DNA from: Candidatus Heimdallarchaeum aukensis
GTDB taxonomy: Archaea > Asgardarchaeota > Heimdallarchaeia > Heimdallarchaeales > Heimdallarchaeaceae
Reading direction: 5' to 3'
Length of the DNA: 64,000 bases
Assembly (NCBI GenBank): GCA_021513695.1
Contig: CP084166.1
Span: 320,001-384,000, forward strand
In this document: one piece after another, positions 57,739 to 64,000 of the stretch
How the letters are laid out: every line of letters begins with the position of its first letter
Numbering within the stretch: position 1 is the stretch's first letter
Made by a program: the position numbers and the translations under genes
Notes under the pieces: model-generated
The model's input: the letters and a program-made list of their open reading frames with translations, nothing else
The model's database searches: none
What the model was told of the DNA's origin: nothing

Positions 57739-59916
57739 TTAATTTTTTCTTCTTCTGAATAAGAAAGTTGTCATAAATACAGTACTCAAAACAATGAATG
57801 CTCCAAAACCAGGAGTATTAGTAGGTTGAGTGTCAGTTGGTTCTGTTGGTTCTGTTGGTTCTGTAGGCTCTGTAGGCTCTATGGGTTGAGGATTAGGTTC
57901 AAAGTATGTTTTGAATTCTGGATCGTGGTTTATTTCTTTTCCATCCCAAACAGGATAGTTGATTATAATCAAATCTTTTCTGTATAACCAGTTTAGAGTA
58001 GTTTCTTGCTTTTCTGAATCTGTCATTACTTGACCTATATCATCGCTTTCACTTTCAAATTCTCCTACTTCTGTTGAATTAGAAAATGTTTTCTGTCCTG
58101 TTAAATAAACCAAATTTAGCACTGTAGTATTTGTATTATGTGTTGAACCTTCTATCGAATATTCTAGTTTCGAACCACCTAAACTAATGTCAATAAGCGC
58201 TGTGTCATCACTGTATTCTATTGATACCTCTGTTGTGGTTGTTGGAACAGAAGAACCTATTCCTTCTTCATCAGTTTTAGCCGTTACATCTTCTACTGTT
58301 AGCATTTCACTTACTTGATAAGTCGCAAGTGACAGACCCTCCATGCTATTCTTAAGTGTGGAATCTGTTATTCCTCCAAAGACACTTGTTGTAGCTAAAC
58401 TTGCTTCTCCAGTATCTAAGTTAACTGTATAAGAATAATCATAACTTATATCCATTGGATCTGTTGTTACTGTAGTATCTGAAGTGTTATACCATAAAAC
58501 TGGATAATCATTATAATCAATACCCCAACTAAAAGTAACACTACCATCATCGTTTTCTACAGGATCAGTCCATCTAGGAGTATAGTTAATTTCAGCGTCT
58601 ATATCTCCTACTTCTTCCACCACATACTTTTCTCCAACTTCAGTATTGTTAATGTTGATATTGTTATATATTCCTGCACCAGGAGCATAAACAATACTAG
58701 TGTAATTGTTGGTAATGTTATAAGTTACAAAGTATTCATTCTTGTGAGCTTCTGGAAAACCGATATACTTAACCCAATCAATAGGATCATGCTTTACATT
58801 TCCACTATCGTCCAAATATACATCAAGTTGATTGTTGTAATTTCCATCATAGTAAGCTATCATTCTAGAAGGATTAAGTGTTCCCCATACAGCAAAATGG
58901 TCAATAGTTGCATTAGTTGATCTGCTAACAAAAGCTTGTACAACAGCTTGAGCTGTAGATCTACTTTGTAATCGCCCATAAGCTGTAAATTCAAAGCTTT
59001 GGTGACCTTGATCTGCAATTAGTTTAGGTAACATATTTCTTGGATAATAATTATAAGGTACATTTCCTCCATAGTCGTTAAATTCTGGGTCATCTGAAGT
59101 TATTGTAACATTGTGGAGATAAAATCTAAAGAACCCTATTTCCATCTTAAAGACTTCTGCATATTCAATACTAGATTTAATACAACCAAAGTAATTTAGA
59201 GCGATATTACTTCCATCCGTTATAATTACATTATAACCAGTCATTGTTGCATTATATTCAAAACCATAGGCCATATATCCACCTATTATATTTCTTGCAT
59301 AAAAAGTAGAGTTCACTGTTACTTGGAAAGTCTGTGTTGTTATCTGAATAAACATTGCTACAGGTATAATAGCTACTAAATGATAAAACTTGAATAGACC
59401 ATATTCGTCAACACTGTCGATAAATTCTATAAGAGTGCTGTTTACAAAGGATTGGCCAAGATACTCTTTTTCAGTTGATAGAAAAAGTACTTCATTTGGT
59501 AGATCTGAAGTTACATTTAGACTAACATTATAATGCGCACTTCTAGCCCAAATGCGTGGCATAAGATCGTTGTTAACGTAATCTACCATAGTTTCATTAT
59601 TTACTAAAACCTTAAACTCTGATTCACTTCCATTTCCCCAAACACGGAAGTCAACTATTAAATAAATAGCATCTACTAACTCATAACCAGTCACTAAATC
59701 TAAAGGACCAGTATACATCGTAGTTTCTTTATATTCTTCATCTACAAGCATATAATCAAAATAACTATAAGAGCCTGATTCACTGAAAGTTTTTACTTCG
59801 TGAGAATAGTAGATACCATTAATTTCATTAGTTTCTCCCACTGAAGGGGGAGTTAGCGAAACAACCGAGAAAATAACCAAAGATATAACTAAAAAAGTTA
59901 ATTTCTGTTTGTTCAT
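57739..59916 (-). CDS. secreted surface protein with Thr/Pro/Glu linker and PGF-CTERM-like C-terminal sorting signal
   Basis: Signal peptide; C-terminus PTEPTEPTEPTEPTDTQPTNTPGFGAFIVLSTVFMTTFLFRRRKN = Thr-rich linker, PGF tripeptide, TM helix, Arg-rich tail. Confidence 0.5.
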   Translation of the reverse strand: MNKQKLTFLVISLVIFSVVSLTPPSVGETNEINGIYYSHEVKTFSESGSYSYFDYMLVDEEYKETTMYTGPLDLVTGYELVDAIYLIVDFRVWGNGSESEFKVLVNNETMVDYVNNDLMPRIWARSAHYNVSLNVTSDLPNEVLFLSTEKEYLGQSFVNSTLIEFIDSVDEYGLFKFYHLVAIIPVAMFIQITTQTFQVTVNSTFYARNIIGGYMAYGFEYNATMTGYNVIITDGSNIALNYFGCIKSSIEYAEVFKMEIGFFRFYLHNVTITSDDPEFNDYGGNVPYNYYPRNMLPKLIADQGHQSFEFTAYGRLQSRSTAQAVVQAFVSRSTNATIDHFAVWGTLNPSRMIAYYDGNYNNQLDVYLDDSGNVKHDPIDWVKYIGFPEAHKNEYFVTYNITNNYTSIVYAPGAGIYNNININNTEVGEKYVVEEVGDIDAEINYTPRWTDPVENDDGSVTFSWGIDYNDYPVLWYNTSDTTVTTDPMDISYDYSYTVNLDTGEASLATTSVFGGITDSTLKNSMEGLSLATYQVSEMLTVEDVTAKTDEEGIGSSVPTTTTEVSIEYSDDTALIDISLGGSKLEYSIEGSTHNTNTTVLNLVYLTGQKTFSNSTEVGEFESESDDIGQVMTDSEKQETTLNWLYRKDLIIINYPVWDGKEINHDPEFKTYFEPNPQPIEPTEPTEPTEPTEPTDTQPTNTPGFGAFIVLSTVFMTTFLFRRRKN

Positions 59917-60100
59917 ATATTATTATTTGCATCAAAATATAAAAGTATATTTTTCGAATTTTCTCGAATAATTTAAAATCATTGTTTTTTCTTTTATAAC
60001 CAATCTAACAATTTCTAAATAGAATGTAGATATTTTGTTAAAAAAAATTAATAACTTTCTTGTACTATTTATATTTCTTAAAATTTATATAACATAATGT

Positions 60101-61696
60101 TTGTTCTTTCCCATGAGTAATGAAAAAGGCAGTAAAATTAATCATTTGGTCGGAATAATACTTTACATTGGCATATTTACTTATTTTATCACTTCCTTAG
60201 TTTCTCTTATATTGCATTTTTCTGATTTAAAAGTTCATGGTTTTATCTTAAATCTATTTGCCTTACTTTTTGAAACACTTGGTCCTTTATATGCTGTTTA
60301 TTTTATGATACAATTAATTGACGGTATTCTAAATGTTGGAGAAATTAGTTATAATATTGATAAGATGACAGAATTTCCTAAAGTAACAGTTATTGTACCT
60401 ATTCACAATGTGAATCCTGCTGTTTTAAGGGATACATTATTGGGTTTCAAAAACCAAGATTACCCCAATTTTGAACTGTGGGTTGGTGATGACAGTACAG
60501 ATGTTAAATTACGTGAAGAATGTGAAAAAATTACAAAGGAAACAGGTTTTATTTACTTTTATAGAGAAAATGATCGTTTCAAAGCACATATGGTTAATAT
60601 GATTTTGGAACAACCTCAAGTCAAAGAGTCAAAATATGTTGCCTTTTTCGATGTCGATCACATTCCTGAACCAAATATTTTGAAAAAATTTGTAGCTATA
60701 TTAGAAGAGCATCCTGAATTCGTTTTTGTTCAAGGTAAATTCGGCTTTAGGAATGCGAAGAACTATCTTCATGTGTGGGAAGCTATGTCTCTCACACAGA
60801 TGTTTGCTAGCCAGAATGCAAGAAGAAAAACTGGTAATGTTCTCTTCTGTGGGAGTACAGCTTGTTTTAGAAGGGATATACTCAAAGGTTTACCAGAAGG
60901 GACTTTAACAGAGGATTATGATTTAACTATTAGACTCGCTTCTGAAGGTTACAGAGGATATTGGCTAGATGAGATAAGTTCAATGAGTTTGGTACCGGAA
61001 AATATAGGACATCAAATGTCACAGCTTAATAGATGGATGACTGGGCAAGCTGGAGCATTATCAGACCATGTTGGTAAGTTATTTAGAAGCAAAATGACTT
61101 TCAAACAAGCAATTGACTTTGTAGTTTCTTCTACTGTTGTGCTTGTAGCTACTTCATTCTATTTTTTAGGTATCTTTTATGCTCTGATTTATGCATTTAA
61201 AATACCTATCTATCGTGCATTAGGACTAGATGCTTTTTCGCTAGTAATAATGCCTATATTGACCTTTATTATTTACATCTCCACTCTAACAGCGACAACA
61301 ATATATACTGCAAAATCTGGTACTTATCCTTTAAGATGGTGGCACGTACCCTTCTTTTTGGCTTTTGGAGGGATGACAGCTCCTTTCTTAGTTTTTCCAG
61401 TAATTAAAGGACTATTTAGAAAAAATAAAATAGTTCCAGGAAAAACAAAATGGAATAAACAAGTACCTCTGATTCCATTGTCTATCTTCTTTTCATTACT
61501 TGGAATGGTTTTTATAGGTCTAACAACATCTTCAGTTTTAGATTTCTTATCAATTACAAATTGGTACGGATATAATTATTTCTTTATTTTATTTGGAGTA
61601 ATAGGCATTACGCTCGTGTTTGCTTTTCCATTTATAGTGATTTCTAAAATGATGTTTAAATCACAACACTATGAAGAAGTAATGATATATCATTAA
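60101..61696 (+). CDS. processive family-2 glycosyltransferase (cellulose/chitin-synthase-like membrane synthase)
   Basis: N-terminal TMs, GT-A domain with VIVPIHN, DDSTD, DxD-like FDVDHIP, and QLNRW (QxxRW) processivity motif, followed by C-terminal TM bundle. Confidence 0.7.
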   Translation: MFFPMSNEKGSKINHLVGIILYIGIFTYFITSLVSLILHFSDLKVHGFILNLFALLFETLGPLYAVYFMIQLIDGILNVGEISYNIDKMTEFPKVTVIVPIHNVNPAVLRDTLLGFKNQDYPNFELWVGDDSTDVKLREECEKITKETGFIYFYRENDRFKAHMVNMILEQPQVKESKYVAFFDVDHIPEPNILKKFVAILEEHPEFVFVQGKFGFRNAKNYLHVWEAMSLTQMFASQNARRKTGNVLFCGSTACFRRDILKGLPEGTLTEDYDLTIRLASEGYRGYWLDEISSMSLVPENIGHQMSQLNRWMTGQAGALSDHVGKLFRSKMTFKQAIDFVVSSTVVLVATSFYFLGIFYALIYAFKIPIYRALGLDAFSLVIMPILTFIIYISTLTATTIYTAKSGTYPLRWWHVPFFLAFGGMTAPFLVFPVIKGLFRKNKIVPGKTKWNKQVPLIPLSIFFSLLGMVFIGLTTSSVLDFLSITNWYGYNYFFILFGVIGITLVFAFPFIVISKMMFKSQHYEEVMIYH

Positions 61697-61707
61697 TTAA
61701 AAAAAAA

Positions 61708-62277
61708 TTATCTTCTTCTTTTTCTTTTACTCTTTTTACTCTTTTTAATAGTTCTAAAAGCAATAATTAAAGACAGAATAGTAAAGATCAATCCAACAAT
61801 GGCATAAATAGGAAAGTTAGTGTCATAGTCACTTCCATATCGATCAATAAAGGTAAGATAAGAGACAAAACCCATAATGGTTGTACCTAAAATAAGTATG
61901 TCTGCAATGAATGCACCAATAGCTCCATGAATGAATAATAAAAGTAAAGCAGCTAGCAATAAATAAGGAATGATCAAAGTAAGTAATCCTTCTGTAGATA
62001 AATTGTTGTCGATATCTAAGAAACTTATTTCAACATCACTCACATAAAGAATGGCAAATAACTTTGTTCTATCAGTTAAAGCATCTCCTGCATATTCCCA
62101 TCTTCCATCTTCACTAAACCAGTTAAAGTTGTAAAAAGCTATTTCAAATTCATTATCATGAACAGATACTGCTCCTAGAGGAGTCATCATATATGTTGTA
62201 TCAAAACTATCAACATGATGAATACCAATAGGCATAATAAAAAGTATCAAAATAAAAACTACATTAAGAGCTTTCAT
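61708..62277 (-). CDS. small secreted protein with C-terminal TM anchor and poly-basic tail
   Basis: Signal peptide, ~100-aa ectodomain, TM helix, KKSKKSKRKRRR tail. Confidence 0.35.
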   Translation of the reverse strand: MKALNVVFILILFIMPIGIHHVDSFDTTYMMTPLGAVSVHDNEFEIAFYNFNWFSEDGRWEYAGDALTDRTKLFAILYVSDVEISFLDIDNNLSTEGLLTLIIPYLLLAALLLLFIHGAIGAFIADILILGTTIMGFVSYLTFIDRYGSDYDTNFPIYAIVGLIFTILSLIIAFRTIKKSKKSKRKRRR

Positions 62278-62348
62278 ACGGGAAGGAAAGTGACATCATT
62301 CTTATTTTTTTCTAGAAACGTGAAACTAAACAAAAAAAGATAATAAAA

Positions 62349-63278
62349 TTAGTGAGAAATAGATTGTTCTACCTCAATCATTCCTGCAAGCTCTTCGACA
62401 TTTTCGATTATTTTCTTTGCAAATTCTTTTGAACCTGGATTGTGATGCATAAAGTAATAATTGGGAACTTCTACATAGGTACCGTTTTTCATATTTTCAG
62501 CTATTTTAACTGCATCTCCTCCTTTATGCATCCTATCCTTCATTGTACCATATAGCCATGAGCGTACATCAACCCTAATGTAATCATCGTAACAATTGTG
62601 ATTTATTATTGGGAAGCTCTTTTTCCAGTTTGAACCTTTTCCATTATCAAAGAGTTCAAAATAGGTTTTTCTCTGAATACCTTTAGGGATAGTCATCTTT
62701 ATCCATAATTTAAGTAAGGGTTTTGCTATGAAATTGTAAGTAAAGTCTGCTGGAAAATAAGCAAGAGGGATAAGTTGTCTAGGTATTGGAAAGCGTATTG
62801 TTGGGCTCATAAAAATAGACCCTCTAGGTTTAACAAATCCTTCTGCAATAGCGTGGGCATTAACTGCTGCACCAAAACAAGGACCTAACAAAACAGTTTT
62901 TTCAAGATCTAAACCATAATAGTCTATAGCTTCTTTTACATCAAGAGCATGTCTATCCATCGTTCCAGTGTGTTTCTTGTTCATTTTAGAAAAACGTTTT
63001 TCTCTAGTTTCTAGAACATATAAATCAAAATATTTGTACAATTCATCCCACGTGTCATTCCAACTGTAAGGAGCTGTTGACCAACCTGGAACAAAAAACA
63101 AACTAAACTTGGATGGATGCTTACCTTTTTTTGTATAATAAGAATAAAGTTCTGCTCCATCACTCATTGTGATAAATTCTTTTTTAGCTTCATTGTAGAA
63201 GAGTGCTTTTTGTGTATAATTTTTTGAAAAACTACTGTATATGTTCTCCTCCTCTTCTTCATCAATGGTATCATTCAT
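62349..63278 (-). CDS. alpha/beta-hydrolase-like protein with Cys in nucleophile elbow (paralog B)
   Basis: FFVPGWST, VLLGPCFGAAVNAHA, KPLLKLWIK, DRMH, FMHHNPG; paralog of 51006..51869. Confidence 0.5.
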   Translation of the reverse strand: MNDTIDEEEEENIYSSFSKNYTQKALFYNEAKKEFITMSDGAELYSYYTKKGKHPSKFSLFFVPGWSTAPYSWNDTWDELYKYFDLYVLETREKRFSKMNKKHTGTMDRHALDVKEAIDYYGLDLEKTVLLGPCFGAAVNAHAIAEGFVKPRGSIFMSPTIRFPIPRQLIPLAYFPADFTYNFIAKPLLKLWIKMTIPKGIQRKTYFELFDNGKGSNWKKSFPIINHNCYDDYIRVDVRSWLYGTMKDRMHKGGDAVKIAENMKNGTYVEVPNYYFMHHNPGSKEFAKKIIENVEELAGMIEVEQSISH

Positions 63279-63444
63279 TTTAGTCTGTTTGTAAAAAAAA
63301 CAGTTGCTTAAAAATTTTATCGGTAGTACAAAAATAAAATTACAATATTTTATAAATGTGTTTAGAAATTCATAAAAAAAGAAAACTTAGTCTATGTCTG
63401 TTCTAATTTAGAAAAGAAAAAGTAGAAAACAAAAATAAACAAGA

Positions 63445-64000
63445 TTAATTAGCTGTAGAAATTATTTTTTCAATGAAATCTTTAATAATTTGAGCATATT
63501 CTTTAGCTCCAGGATTATAATGAGCAAAATAGTATGAAGGAGTATCAACATATTCACCTTTAGGAATCATTTCAGCAACTTGTTTAGCTATAACTGCTTC
63601 ATGCATTCTGTCTTCAGTAGCTCCTGTAATCAAAGCAGGACAGTCAACATGAGGATAGTCAACAAAGGAGTCGTGCCAAGCAACAGCTAAAAACTTTTTC
63701 CAACGCATTCCAGTAGCGTTTCTAATATTGTTGATGTAAATATCTCTCTGCTTTCCTTTAGGCATGGACAAACTCAACCAAATAACAAGTAAAGGTTTAC
63801 CGATAATACCCATAAAAAATGCAGGGAGAACATAAGCTAAAGGAAGCAAAGCTTTGGGAAGGAAAAATTTCTTAGGGGGACCATTTAGAATAACACCTAA
63901 AGGTTCTATCTTTTTAGTTGCTACAGCATGTGAAATAATAGAAGCTCCAATACATGGCCCCATAAGAAAAGTCTTTTTTTCATCAAGATTGAAATAATCC
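63445..64000 (-). CDS. alpha/beta-hydrolase-like Cys-elbow protein (paralog C), N-terminus beyond window end
   Basis: Reading frame open to window edge (..DYFNLDEKKTFLMGPCIGASIISHA); KPLLVIWLS, DRMH, FAHYNPG conserved with paralogs A/B. Confidence 0.45.
   Translation of the reverse strand, partial: DYFNLDEKKTFLMGPCIGASIISHAVATKKIEPLGVILNGPPKKFFLPKALLPLAYVLPAFFMGIIGKPLLVIWLSLSMPKGKQRDIYINNIRNATGMRWKKFLAVAWHDSFVDYPHVDCPALITGATEDRMHEAVIAKQVAEMIPKGEYVDTPSYYFAHYNPGAKEYAQIIKDFIEKIISTAN

Noticed and set aside
57820-57880. Tandem 9-nt DNA repeat (4x) near the 3' end of the surface protein gene
   Set aside because: It encodes the PTEPTEPTEPTEPT linker in frame; a coding low-complexity repeat, not a separate repeat element or CRISPR
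1-64000. Search for tRNA, rRNA and CRISPR arrays
   Set aside because: No GC-rich islands of tRNA size in any intergenic spacer of this ~30% GC sequence, no regularly spaced direct repeats of 24-40 nt; none reported

Overview
This is a 64-kb window from a very AT-rich, Asn/Ile/Lys-rich archaeal genome, densely coding on both strands. Archaeal assignment rests on a clear 4-phosphopantoate--beta-alanine ligase (PPS), an F420-dependent methylene-H4MPT dehydrogenase (Mtd) and MfnA-type decarboxylase; the lineage cannot be fixed from sequence alone (a low-GC Asgard/Lokiarchaeia-like or low-GC euryarchaeal genome are both conceivable). Recognisable modules: (i) a complete group-3b [NiFe] sulfhydrogenase operon hydB-hydG-hydD-hydA plus maturation protease (5.2-9.7 kb); (ii) MMPL transporter - PAS histidine kinase - split L-serine dehydratase (11.6-17.1 kb); (iii) an arsenic islet (ArsR with CSC site, ACR3 arsenite pump, SAM methyltransferase, short serine recombinase; 25.5-29.1 kb); (iv) larE-larC-larB nickel-pincer-nucleotide cofactor biosynthesis without a larA in the window (29.2-32.1 kb); (v) SufC/SufBD (37.4-39.1 kb); (vi) a sugar-utilisation locus with GH2, MFS and a GH127 glycosidase that appears co-transcribed with mtd (39.3-45.2 kb); (vii) an archaeal CoA-precursor cluster PPS - membrane protein - PanB followed by a complete ECF transporter (S, fused AA', T), with MfnA nearby (46.7-57.6 kb); (viii) many secreted surface proteins (beta-helix, CARDB-like, acidic aromatic-rich) that share a signal peptide plus C-terminal TM helix plus Lys/Arg tail, one ending in a PGF-CTERM-like signal, next to a processive GT2 synthase. 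The most unusual item is a three-member paralogous family of alpha/beta-hydrolase-like proteins whose nucleophile elbow reads G-x-C-x-G (Cys instead of Ser); one sits in an apparent operon with an MtnA/eIF-2B-family isomerase. No tRNA, rRNA or CRISPR array was seen.
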